Below, one piece after another: positions 1 through 12,500 of a stretch of 64,000 nucleotides of DNA. Position 1 is the first letter of the stretch. Each line of letters begins with the position of its first letter. The position numbers and the translations under genes are program-made. The stretch comes from Mobula hypostoma (lineage: Eukaryota). The notes beneath the pieces are model-generated. The model was not told where the DNA came from, ran no database searches, and saw only the letters and a list, made by a program, of their open reading frames with translations. The stretch lies in contig NC_086097.1 in assembly GCF_963921235.1 (NCBI RefSeq), positions 101,496,001 through 101,560,000 of the forward strand, written 5' to 3'.

Positions 1-420
1 ATCAACACTTCCCCATCCCTCACTGATCTGTCTCTATCTGCCATCCTCGTTATCAACACTTCCCCATCCCTCCCTGATCTGTCTCCATCTACCATCCTCG
101 TTATCAACACTTCCCCATCCCTCACTAATGTCTCCATCTACCATCCTTGTTATCAACACTTCCCTGTCCCTCCCTGATCTATCTCCATCTACCATCCACG
201 TTATCAACAGTTCCCCATCCCTCACTAATCTGTCTCCATCTACCATCCCCGTTATCAACACTTCCCCATCCCTCCCTGATCTGTCTCCATCTACCATCCC
301 CGTTATCAACACTTCCCCATCCCTCCCTGATCTGTCTCTATCTACCATCCTCATTATCAACACTTCCCCATCCCTCCCTGATCTGTCTCAATCTACTATC
401 CCCATTATCAACACTTCCCC
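1..420. repeat. 51-bp minisatellite, about 8 copies (continues off the window start)
   Basis: Unit atcaacacttccccatccctccctgatctgtctccatctaccatcctcgtt starts at 1, 52, 103, 152, 203, 254, 305, 356 and 407. Confidence 0.95.
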
Positions 421-2310
421 AGCATCCCCTTAGCTGTTACTATGCACCACACCCAGTTTCAACATTTCCCAATCCCTCCCTCATCTGTCTCCACCTACCA
501 ATCCCTGACTCAATACATCTCCATCCCTCCCTTATCTGGCTTGATCTGCAGTCCTCAGTCTCAACACTTCTTCATTCCTCCCGTTCTCCTCCAATCACTC
601 TCAGCCTCAGAATACTTCCCCAATCCTCCATTATCTGTCTCCACCTATCATCCCAAGTCTCAACACTTTCCCATCTGTCCCTGTTATATCTCCATCTACC
701 ATCCTGCTCTCAATACTTCCCTTGTCTGTCTCCACCTACAATCCGCAATACTCCATCCCTCTCTTATCTGTTTTCATCTGTCACCTGCAGGTTCTACACT
801 TCCATTTCCCTTCCTTATTCATCTCCACCTACATCCCCCACCCCGACTTAATACTTTCCCATCTCGCCAATCATCTATCAGCATCAGTCACACTTCCTAT
901 CCCTCCCTTATTTGTCAACACCCTTCTTCCAAAATCTCAAAATGTTCTATTTTTTCCCTCATCTCTCATCACCTATCACCACAGTCAACACATCTGCATC
1001 ACCCTTTATCTGTCCCCACCTACCAACCCCATTCCCTTATCTGTCCCCAACTACCACCTACCACCACCAGTCTCAATACTTTTTCATTCCTCCAGCAGGT
1101 CTTCATCAACCGCTACCATCTTCAGTCTCAAACTTGCCCATCCCATCTACCATCCTTTGCCTCAATCATACCCCATCCCTCCCTTATCTCTCTCCACCTA
1201 CAACCCCCAGTCTCACCACTTCACCACCACTCCCTTATCTCTGTCAACCTTCCACCTACCAACCCCAATGTCAACACTTCCCCATCACCCCATATCTGTC
1301 TCCACCCATCACCTACCATTCCTAGTCTCAACACTTCCCTATCCCTCCCTGATCTATCTCCATCAACAATCCAGTGTCCACACTTCCCCACCCCTCCGTT
1401 AGCTGTCTCTAACTACCACAAACCACCCCCAGACTCACTTGCCCAACCCTCCCTTGTCTGTATCCACCTAATTACAATCCCTATTGTCAACAATTGCTCA
1501 TCCTTCCCTTGTCTCCACCTACCACTCTCAACACACTTCCCCATCCTTCTCTTATCTGTCTCTCCACCTACCACCCTCCAGTCCAAGTCTCAACACTTCC
1601 CCATCCTTCTCTTATCTGTCTCTCCACCTACCACCCTCCAGTCCAAGTCTCAACACTTCCTTATCCTTTCCTCTATCTGGCTCCATCTACTATCCTCAGT
1701 CTCAACTCTTTCCCATCCCTCCCCTTTCTGTCTCCATCTCCCAATCCTCCCTTGGCTGTCTCCACCTGTCACCCTCAGACTCAACATTTCCTCTTACCTC
1801 CCTTATCCGTCTCCACCTACGACCTACCCTAACCAGTCTCAACACTTTTCCATCCGTCCCAGATCTTTCTACATCTACCGAGTCTCAACACTACTCCATC
1901 CCTCCCTTATCTGTCTTCACTTACATCCTCAGTATCAACACTTCCCCATTGCTCCCTCACTGTCTATATATATCACCATCAGATGCAACACTTCCCCACC
2001 TCTCCCTTTTGTCTCCACCTACCACCTACAACCCAGACTCACCACTTCCCCTCCCTCCCTTATCTGACTCCATCTGCCATCCCCAGTCACATTTCCCCAC
2101 CCCTCCCTTATCTCTGTCAATTTTTCACCTACCAACCCCCAATATCAGCATTTCCCCATCACTCCTATATCTATCTTCACCTATCACCTACCATTCCTAG
2201 TCTCAATACTTCCCCATTCCTTCGTTGTCTCCACCTACCACCCCCAGTTTCAACACATCCCCATCCCTCCTGTTTCTGACTCCAGATACCATCCTCAGTC
2301 ACAACATTTA
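421..2310. repeat. Degenerate C/T-rich extension of the same satellite
   Basis: Recurrent caacacttcccc, ttatctgtctccacctacc and cagtctc motifs; exact 60-bp tandem duplication at about 1533-1652. Confidence 0.85.
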
Positions 2311-2680
2311 CAGTGGGAAATTAACTGCATAGTTTTGGAATGTGGGAGGAAAGAGCACCAGGAGAAAACTGACACAGACACAAGGTGAACACACCAACTC
2401 TATACATACAGCATTCACCATCAGGGCTCAGAGTCTCTAAACTGTGAAGCACTGGATGTACCTGCATAACTGCTCTGAAACTTGCTCCTTTACCAGACTC
2501 CCTAAAACAACTTTGATCAAACTTTGGTAATTTACCTTAACATCTTTAGTCACATTTTGTTTTGGAATACTTGGGATATTTTGTCACAATAAATGAGCAG
2601 CATGAATATAAGCTGCTATCATTGCACAGGGAATGCAGGATCAATGAGGTGTACCAGGACAGCATACTTTCCACAACACT

Positions 2681-2780
2681 CACAAAGTACTGGAAGGACT
2701 CAGCAGGCCAGACAGCATCTATGGGGAAAAAAAGCACAGTCGACGTTCTGGGACAAAACCCTTTGGCAGGACTGCCCACA
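2681..2780 (-). mobile_element. Short Penelope-terminus-derived insertion with a decayed hammerhead motif
   Basis: 17-bp direct repeat atactttccacaacact at 2664-2680 and 2781-2797; body matches the 3' tail of the Penelope-like copies at 22 and 41 kb. Confidence 0.8.
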
Positions 2781-3809
2781 ATACTTTCCACAACACTACT
2801 TCGAAGCAGAGGAATTGTTCCTTGTGTCTCACCAATATTCAACTGTCAACATCATAAAGACATCCAATCATTAATGTTGTTTAGGGCAAGTTAGTGAGGC
2901 ATTCATCTTCTTGTACCAGCTCAGCCATTCAGTACAATTGCAGCTGTTCTTCTACCTCAGAACCACTCTCCTCTATTAGCCTATATCAATTAATTCTCTA
3001 AATATTCAGAAATCTGTTGATCTTCTCAATATACAGTGGCAAACAGACTGCACACAATATTTCAGATTTGGTCTAAATGTTTTATAAAGTGTACTATAAC
3101 CTTCCTGTACTTATGCCATAGCTCATGAATAAGTATCCTGTATTCTTTCACCGCCAGCTTCTGGGATCCTTGAACTTGTATAGTGGCCGTCTGTTCCTCA
3201 ACATGCTGGGATCCTGTTGTTCACTGTGTAGTTTCAGTTGAAATTAAACTTTCTGCCTCATGTACCTTATCTGAAAGGATAGAAGATTGAGCAAATGATA
3301 TAAAAATTTCCCACAGAACAGAGCTGTTAGGACTTTAAAATCAGAGCACTGAATGAACAATATTTGTACTGTATGGCAGAATTACTATAACACTGTCACC
3401 CACAATTCAGATTGACCAACCACATCACTGACACAGTCACTTGGGGTACAAATAGCTCCATCTCCATAAGCAAAATTAAAATGCAAAGAATTCCATTTGA
3501 ATGTTCACACAATTGTGTGTCTCTGCCTTTTATCATGGAATGTCTTGCATCGAGTTAGAATGCCTGCAATAGAGCACACTTCTGCAGTTGTTTTTTGCTT
3601 TTGAGTTCTTGTTTAGAATTATTGCTTAGTAAACAATATGTACGTGGATAAGGAATCTAGACAGAAATGGTCCGGCTAATGCAGAACTTGGGTCAAACAT
3701 TCTATCAGATGTAGGAGCAGTCTGTAGGATGATGAAAAACAAAAAGACCTATCCACTAATTCTATGCAGAAGTGTAATTCCATTAAAACCATATGAAAAG
3801 GCGTTACCT

Positions 3810-4335
3810 TAAGGTTGTTATAGCCAGGGTGGTAATGGGGACACGCTCCCACTACCTATCAAACGCTGCCAATGGAGTACATCTCAAGTAGCCTCTGGCA
3901 ACCCAGTCAGGCTTCTGGCCTTCATGTGTGGCTTATAACCCCAGTGGAACTGTTTCTACTGACAGGAGAAGGGGCAAAGGCGGATTACTGGCACTTTAAA
4001 ACCAGTCACCTAGAGAATGAGGGGCTCATCTAGAAGGAAAAACTCTGATCTCAAATCTCCGCTGCATTGCGGCTGAACCTACTCATGGGGAAGGATTCAG
4101 GAGTAACCCAGAACTGGAGACCCTTAGGCAGTCATACGCTGAGTTTAATGTGGACCGACAACTCTTGTGACATGTATCAGTCTCTACCATTCCTTTGGAT
4201 TCAATCAGCTGCGTGGAGAAGGGGAGCCTGCTACATGGGCAACAGCTTGCTCTCCATAATCGGACTGCCCAGGCTTGTGTATCATGTAGAAAGATGGAAT
4301 GAAAAATCGATGTTCGACCCTGACCACGAGGGCTT
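3810..4335 (+). mobile_element. Non-autonomous SINE-like element, probably RTE-partnered
   Basis: Its 3' part resembles the reverse complement of the TSD-flanked insert at 41339-41490; its 5' part has an HDV-like ribozyme arrangement. Confidence 0.6.
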
Positions 4336-4949
4336 CAAGATGAAAGGGCAATGGTCCTTGTACTTGCCACCTTAACCCATTTAGTCAGGCTGATTTGAGT
4401 GTTTTATTAAGATGAAACAAGATAATGTAGTCAATAGCTAATAAAAGCAAAAAAAAAAGCAGTAAAAAAAAAGGAAATTTTGAATTTTTAGAAGCAGAAG
4501 CACCATTTACCAGAAGGGACACGGAAGATGATTGACAAAGTGATGGTAGTGCAATATTTTTAAACTCTCCTGGTCCTGGGATCTGTAATACTCATCCCAC
4601 AAGGATTGTGAAGTAGATTCCCTTCACAGTATTAAAAAGGAACTGGATAAATATCTGGGGGTGGGGTGGGGCAGGAATTTTGCAGGACTACGGTATAAAA
4701 GAAACAGGACAATTGAGTAACAAGCCCAATAAATCACGAAGGCATTGAAAATGTGGGCTAAATGCAGGAAAGTGCAACTTCTATAGCAATATGCACAACA
4801 TGCAGGAGGTATTCAGTAAGTTAGTCAACTGGTTACTCTCTCCACAGATCTGCCTGACTTGCCGAGTTCCACCAGCATTTTCTGCATGTTGCTCAAGATT
4901 TCCAACACCTGCAGAACCTGCTGTGCTTGGGACTACTTCAGATAGAGTT

Positions 4950-5200
4950 ACAGCACCACGGTAGTGTAGTGGTTAGTGCAACAATATTCCGAGTTCCAAT
5001 TCCTGTGTCATTCTGTAAGGAGTCTCTGTATGTCCTCTCCATGAAATGCGTGGGTGTTGCCCTGTTTCCTCCCACCGTACGAAAATGGTTAATCATTGTA
5101 AATCGTCCCGAGGTTAAGTTCAGGTTAGATGAGGTTTGTCACGGGCTGCTGCTGCGGTGAAGCTCAAAGGGCCCATTCCGTGCTGTATCGCTAATTAAAT
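4950..5200 (+). mobile_element. tRNA-derived SINE fragment
   Basis: Pol III A-box-like tagtgtagtggt and B-box-like gagttccaattcc, followed by a tgtatgtcctc...tttcctccca core. Confidence 0.55.
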
Positions 5201-5424
5201 AATTGCCCATTGGATATAGTGTGCCGAAGAGGCTGTTTCTGTACTGAACAACTCCATAATTTACCTCTTTCAAAGAGGTGGCTCAGCAAAATCTACTCAA
5301 TAGTTCCCCAAGGTTTCAAAGGTTTGTTGTTACCTTCCCATTGTTTTTGTGGAGAAGAGGTCAAGGTAGAATGTTTTTCAGTTTAAAGAGATCTTTATAA
5401 AGAGATGGGATAAAAGAAAAGTTG

Positions 5425-5475
5425 TACAGAACAAAGAATGACCACTTATTAAAAATTTATTTATCATGTACATCT
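5425..5475 (-). terminator. Candidate polyadenylation site of SLC39A9 (3' UTR about 0.8 kb)
   Basis: AATAAA on the minus strand at 5461-5456, with TGTA just upstream and a U/GU-rich tract downstream (ctttgttctgtacaacttttc). Other AATAAA hexamers lie at about 5728-5743. Confidence 0.5.
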
Positions 5476-6278
5476 TAAAAACAAAAAAAATTTCTGCAAG
5501 ATCTGTTAATGTGTACAAAGAGTTGAAAAAATAAGGCCATTGTCCATGGAATGATTTCAGTTTACCCGAAGCAACTGAACAATGAATATTCACAAGTCAG
5601 CAAAATCATAGCAATGGTATTTCATTCGTAGTATTTCACTTCTATGGATCTAGGAAACATTTTGTTATCCTACACCCATCTACCACTGTATGACATGTTT
5701 GATCATTAAAATTAAAGATTCAGATAGTTTATTTTGTTTTATTTCCTTACCCCATATACATTAACAAAGCACTTTCAACAAAAAAATTCTTCTCAAATAC
5801 ATTAGCCTGTCAAAATCCTATCATTTAAACACTGACATTGAACTAGCAGGCACCAAGCTTACAGGCTAACAAACCATTTAAGACTGTACAATTAAGAATA
5901 AAATCCAGTAAAAATGATTTAACATATTCATAAACCCTGCATTAATTCCCTCATCCTGGATTATCTCTAATGCAATCCAAATTCACTGTTAAATTAATAA
6001 GTGCCTGTGCTTCGTCCTTTGTAACCAGACACCATTTGATTTAAGTTACATTCTCCCATTAGTTGAAACAAGTTCAGAGATTTGTCAATACATTAAACAA
6101 AACTTTTACTTTTCAAAATGGCTACTTTGCCAGAATTCCTCCCAATGTATTTACAATTTCACTTCCCATCTAGTTCACTTTGAATTTCATGAGGAAAGAT
6201 AAATGACAAGGCAAAGGGTCAGCATGTAGTGTTCCTGCCAGAATGCTGACAGACCCTCATTATCCAGATTCCTGTTGG

Positions 6279-6506
6279 TCAGTGCTGGTGACCCACTGAC
6301 AATACCAGTGGGATCAAGCAGCCTAGGACGAGGGTGCAAACCTCAAGTCGACTGAGTCCCTTCCCACCTGACTCTGCTTTGTGACTGTGACTGGTGCCAC
6401 CCACCTCTGGAAGCACGTGCACAGTGGCTACATAAAGGAACGTTCCTGCTGAAAACAGCATGGCAATTCCAGTGGCATTCACATCTGAAAGTGCTTCTTT
6501 ACTGCT
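6279..6506 (-). CDS. SLC39A9: SLC39A9 exon 7, coding part (228 nt including TGA)
   Basis: Acceptor ttttgcag; [37 protein letters not shown]...[17 protein letters not shown]. Confidence 0.96.
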   Translation of the reverse strand, partial: SSKEALSDVNATGIAMLFSAGTFLYVATVHVLPEVGGTSHSHKAESGGKGLSRLEVCTLVLGCLIPLVLSVGHQH

Positions 6507-9500
6507 CTGCAAAAACAAATATTGAAGAGAAAGAAACACATTAGGATTAACTTTGCAGGGAGTGCAACACACAGCACAATGTTCAATTCTCAAAACTACT
6601 TTCACAACAAAGGTCCAAAGGGTTAAAAAAAAATGCAAGCTGCTGGAGGAAGTCGGGTAGTCACGTAGTAGCTGAAGAGGGAAATAGGCAGTTGTCCTGA
6701 CGAAGGGTCACGGCCTGAAACGTCGACTGCACCTCTTCCTAGAGATGCTGCCTGGCCTGCTGCGTTCACCAGCAACTTTGATGTGTGTTAGTTGACATTG
6801 CAGGTTGAGATCTTTCATCTGGATTTAGAGTTGTGGGGAGACTGTTGGTATAAACAGTAAAGTGTCATCCTCCTCCCTTTACGGGGAGAATGCAGTCAGT
6901 TTGGGTTCTACTGATGCTGAATTTTCACTAATGCAGCTACTGCTTCATTAATCCTTCTGTGTAGCACTGAATCTATGCTACACCGTTAGAGGAGCAATTG
7001 TTCATAACACCATAAGACATAGGAGCAGAATAGGCCAATCAGCCCATTGAGACTGCTCCGCCATTCCATCACGGCTAATTTATTCCCTCTCTCAAGCCCG
7101 TTCTCCTGCCTTCTCCCTGTAGTCTTTGACACTATTACTAATCAAGAACCTATCAAGCTCTGCTTTAAATATACTCAATGACCTGGCCTCCACAGATTCA
7201 CCAATCTCTGGCTAAAGAAATTCCTCCTCATCTCTGTTCTAAAGGGACATCCTTGTATTCTGAGGCTGTGCCATCTGCTCCAAGACACCCCCAGTACAGG
7301 AAACACCCTTTCCACATCCACTCTATTTAAACCTTTCAATATTTAATAGATTTCAATGAGATCCACCCTCATTTTCCTAAACTCCAGCGAGTACAGGGCC
7401 AGAACTATCAACTGCTCCTCATACGTTAAACCCTTTCAGTCTTGGATCATTCCCGTGAACTTCTTCTGGACCTTCTCCAAAGCCAGCACATCTTTTCCCA
7501 GATAAGGGGCCCAAAACTGCTTACAATACTCCACATGCAGTCTGACCAATGCCTTGCAATGCCTCAACATTATATCCTTGCTTTTATATTCTAGTCCTCT
7601 CAAAATGAATGCTAACATTGTGCCTGCCTTCCTTACCACCAACTCAACCTACAAGTTGGGGAACCCTGCACGATAACTCCAAAGTCCCTTTGCACTTCTG
7701 TTCTCTGAATTTTCTCCCCATTTAGAAAACAGTCTATGCTTTTATTTCTTCTACCACAGTAACTAACTAGACTTTCCAACACTTTATTCCATCTGCCACT
7801 TCTTTGCCCATTCTCCTAATCTAAGATGAGGAGTTAAGCTGAAGACCTGGTTACATGATCAGATGGGAATTAAAATTCCGGACATTTAACTCACCACTCA
7901 CAAAGTTTCCCAGAATCCATGCCAAACTCATTCACTCAACCACCCTTCACCAAATACAGAGATTAACTGCATCACTGGCAATATGGGAATGTTATCTGAC
8001 ATGTCTATGCACATCAAATAATACATACACTTCACAAAGTAATCCAATGGCTGCAAATAGTCAGGGTTTCCCAGGACAATGTGCTTTCATTTCTATCCTT
8101 GCCAGAAAGCATGAGAGACAGTTGGCTGTGACGTTGCACAATCACAGCATAGACTCACATCTACAATAGTTTTAAATGTTGGCAGACTTCCCAGCTACAC
8201 AAAGATAAATCTGTGGCCCAGCAAGAGGTGAAGGGCAGAATTAGATGAAAGGCAATGTTGAGATCCATTTTACTTGAGGACAAAAGCTCCTAGCACTAAT
8301 GAAAACGTTAACACATATCAATTGAGCTTCCTCTCACTGCTCAGAACATGGCACTCCAGTTAGACAGAGAAGTCTCATCATTTCAAACAATAAATGGAAA
8401 AATAAAAAACTACCTTTTGCAGTGAACTGATATGTGAATCCCATGGTTTAATAAGGAAAACGTTTTTTCACTTGTTATACTTTCATAACAGATCAACAAT
8501 AGTTTTGATTAAGCACGAAATGGCCTGGCTCATTTGGCAGCATTCCAAACTCTCAGCCAGGAACCATCTGTTCATGTACTTTAACAGAAGGTCAAAGTCC
8601 TACTGCATAATATAAACTGACAATTCCGCTAGAGTACAGAGTGCAGGTCAGACAGCCATGCCCCAATCTTGGATCACATGTCAGACCAAAGGTCTCTGTT
8701 TCTTCCTCAGCAGTTTGAGGAGATTTGGTATGTCACCAAAGACTCCTGCAAATTTCTATACATGCACAGTGGAGAGCATTCTGATTGCTTGTGTCACAGT
8801 CTGGAATAGTACCTCCAAAGAGCAGGATAAAATGAGGCTGCAGGGCGTTGTGGACTCTGCCAACTCTTACAGGTATAACCTACCCACCAAGGGCATCTTC
8901 AACTCTACTACAGGTATAAACTACCCACCAAGGGCATCTTCAACTCTATTACAGGTATAACCTACCCACCAGGGGCATCTTCAACTCTACTACAGGTATA
9001 AAATACCCACCAAGGGCATCTTCAACTCTACTACAGGTATAAACTACCCACCAGGGGCATCTTCAACTCTACTACAGGTATAACCTACCCACCAAGGGCA
9101 TCTCCAACTCTACTACAGGTATAAACTACCCACCAAGGGCATCTCCAACTGCACTACAGGTATAAACTACCCACCAAGGGCATCTTCAACTCTATTACAA
9201 GTATAACCTACCCACCAAGGGCATCTTCAATTCTACTACAGGTATAAACTACCCACCAAGGGCATCTTCAACTCTACTACAGGTATAAACTACCCACCAA
9301 GGGCATCTTCAACTCTATCACAAGTATAACCTACCCACCAGGGGCATCTTCAACTCTGCTACAGGTATAAACTACCCACCAAGGGCATCTTCAACTCTAT
9401 TACAAGTATAACCTACCCACCAAGGGCATCTTCAATTCTACTACAGGTATAAACTACCCACCAAGGGCATCTTCAACTCTATTACAGGTATAAACTACCC

Positions 9501-12500
9501 ACCAAGGGCATCTTCAACTCTATTACAGGTATAACCAAGGGCATCTTCAACTCTATTACAGGTATAAACTACCCACCAAGGGCATCTTCAACTCTACTAC
9601 AGGTATAAACTACCCACCAGGGGCATCTTCAACTCTACTACAGGTATAACCTAGCCACCAAGGGCATCTTCAACTCTACTACAGGTATAAACTAACCACC
9701 AAGGGCATCTTCAACTCTACTACAGGTATAACCTACCCACCAAGGGCATCTTCAACTCTACTACAGGTATAAACTACTCACCAAGGGCATCTTCAACTCT
9801 ACTACAGGTATAACCTACCCACCAAGGGCATCTCCAACTCTACTACAGGTATAAACTGCCCACCAAGGGCATCTTCAACTCTACTACAGGTATAAACTAC
9901 CAACCAAGGGCATCTTCAACTCTATTACAGGTATAAACTACCCACCAAGGGCATCTTCAATTCTACTACAGGTATAAACTACCCACCAAGGGCATCTTCA
10001 ACTCTATTACAGGTATAACCAAGGGCATCTTCAACTCTACTACAGGTATAAACTACCCACCAAGGGCATCTTCAACTCTATTACAGGTATAACCAAGGGC
10101 ATCTTCAACTCTATTACAGGTATAAACTACCCACCAAGGGCATCTTCAACTCTATTACAGGTATAAACTACCCACCAAGGGCATCTTCAACTCTACTACA
10201 GGTATAAACTACCCACCAAGGGCATCTTCAACTCTACTACAGGTATAAACTACCCACCAGGGGCATCTTCAACTCTACTACAGGTATAACCTAGCCACCA
10301 AGGGCATCTTCAACTCTACTACAGGTATAAACTACCCACCAAGGGCATCTTCAACTCTACTACAGGTATAAACTACCAACCAAGGGCATCTTCAACTCTA
10401 TTACAGGTATAAACTACCCACCAAGGGCATCTTCAATTCTACTACAGGTATAAACGACCGACCAAGGGCATCTTCAACTCTATTACAGGTATAAACTACC
10501 CACCAAGGGCATCTTCAACTCTATTACAGGTATACCCAAGGGCATCTTCAACTCTATTACAGGTATAAACTACCCACCAAGGGCATCTTCAACTCTATTA
10601 CAGGTATAACCAAGGGCATCTTCAACTCTATTACAGGTATAAACTACCCACCAAGGGCAACTTCAACTCTATTACAGGTATAACCAAGGGCATCTTCAAC
10701 TCTATTACAGGTATAAACTACCCACCAAGGGCATCTTCAACTCTACTACAGGTATAAACTACCCACCAAGGGCATCTTCAACTCTACTACAGGTATAAAC
10801 TACCCACCAGGGGCATCTTCAACTCTACTACAGGTATAACCTAGCCACCAAGGGCATCTTCAACTCTACTACAGGTATAAACTACCCACCAAGGGCATCT
10901 TCAACTCTACTACAGGTATAAACTACCCACCAAGGGCATCTTCAACTCTACTACAGGTATAAACTACCCACCAAGGGCATCTTCAACTCTACTACAAGTA
11001 TAACCTACCCACCAAGGGCATCTTCAATTCTACTACAGGTATAAACTACCCACCAAGGGCATCTTCAACTCTACTACAGGTATAAACTACCCACCAGGGG
11101 CATCTTCAACTCTACTACAGGTATAACCTAGCCACCAAGGGCATCTTCAACTCTACTACAGGTATAAACTACCCACCAAGGGCATCTTCAACTCTACTAC
11201 AGGTATAAACTATCCACCAAGGGCATCTCCAACTCTACTAGATGTATAAACTACTCACCAAGGGCACCTTCAACTCTACTACAGGTATAACCTACCCACC
11301 AAGGGCATCTCCAACTCTACTACAGGTATAAACTACCCACCAAGGGCATCTTCAACTCTACTACAGGTATAAACTACCCACCAAGGGCATCTTCAACTCT
11401 ATTACAGGTATAAACTACCCAGCAAGGGCATCTTCAACTCTATTACAGGTATAACCAAGGGCATCTTCAACTCTATTACAGGTATAAACTACCCACCAAG
11501 GGCATCTTCAACTCTACTACAGGTATAAACTACCCACCAGGGGCATCTTCAACTCTACTACAGGTATAACCTAGCCACCAAGGGCATCTTCAACTCTACT
11601 ACAGGTATAAACTACCCACCAAGGGCATTTTCAACTCTACTACTGGTATAAACTACCCACCAAGGGCATCTTCAACTCTACTACAGGTATAAACTACTCA
11701 CCAAGGGCATCTCCAACTCTACTACAGGTATAAACTACCCAACAAGGGCATCTTCAACTCTACTACAGGTATAACCTACCCACCAAGGGCATCTTCAACT
11801 CTACTACAGGTATAAACTACCCACCAAGGGCATCTTCAACTCTACTACAGGTATAAACTACCCACCAAGGGCATCTCCAAGAGGCAATGCCTCAAGATGA
11901 CAGCTGTCATTAAGGACCTTCACCATCTGGGACATGCCCACTTCTCATTACTACCATTGGGGAGGAGAGACAGAAGCTTAAAAACCCATACTCAGTGTTT
12001 TAGGAACAGTTTCTTTTCCTCCACCAGATTTCTAAATAGCCCATGAACTCATGAACACTGCTTCCTTATTCCTCTTTTGCACTAGTTATTTATTTTTTAA
12101 CTTATAGTAATTTTATCATGCACTGTACTGCTGGCACAAAAGTATAAATTTCATGATTTCAGTGATAATTAACCTGATTTAATAGTAAAGGTTTCGGTGC
12201 CAAACAAGTAAAATGTGCTTCTTGTGTATTGATCAATAATTTTACAAACATATTAAACCTTGATCATTTAATCATTCACTATTGATGTATGTTGCTGACT
12301 TACAAGTCAATCATTGTGATTTTTTAGTGTACTGCTTAAGAAAGTTATGGTGATAAAGTGCTATATAAATATCAAGTTTCTTTCAGAGAAGTATTATGTA
12401 CCTTACTCAGGCCCAAGTAAGTGACCATGGAGAGCAATGGTGCCGCCAAAGCAAATACCAGCAGGTGTTTCCTAATTCGATTTCTTTCCAGCCCTGCGTG

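Noticed and set aside
442..2067. 541-aa ORF and overlapping ORFs in the first 2.3 kb
   Set aside because: Low-complexity C/T-rich satellite that lacks stop codons; several frames are open at once and no domain is recognisable.
4950..5030. tRNA gene
   Set aside because: Only A/B-box-like remnants leading into a SINE core; no cloverleaf.
6507..6638. N-terminal part of ORF 6279-6638
   Set aside because: Intronic read-through upstream of the cag acceptor at 6507-6509.
8861..11880. CRISPR-like array
   Set aside because: Units are head-to-tail with no unique spacers, there are no cas genes, and the context is a vertebrate intron.
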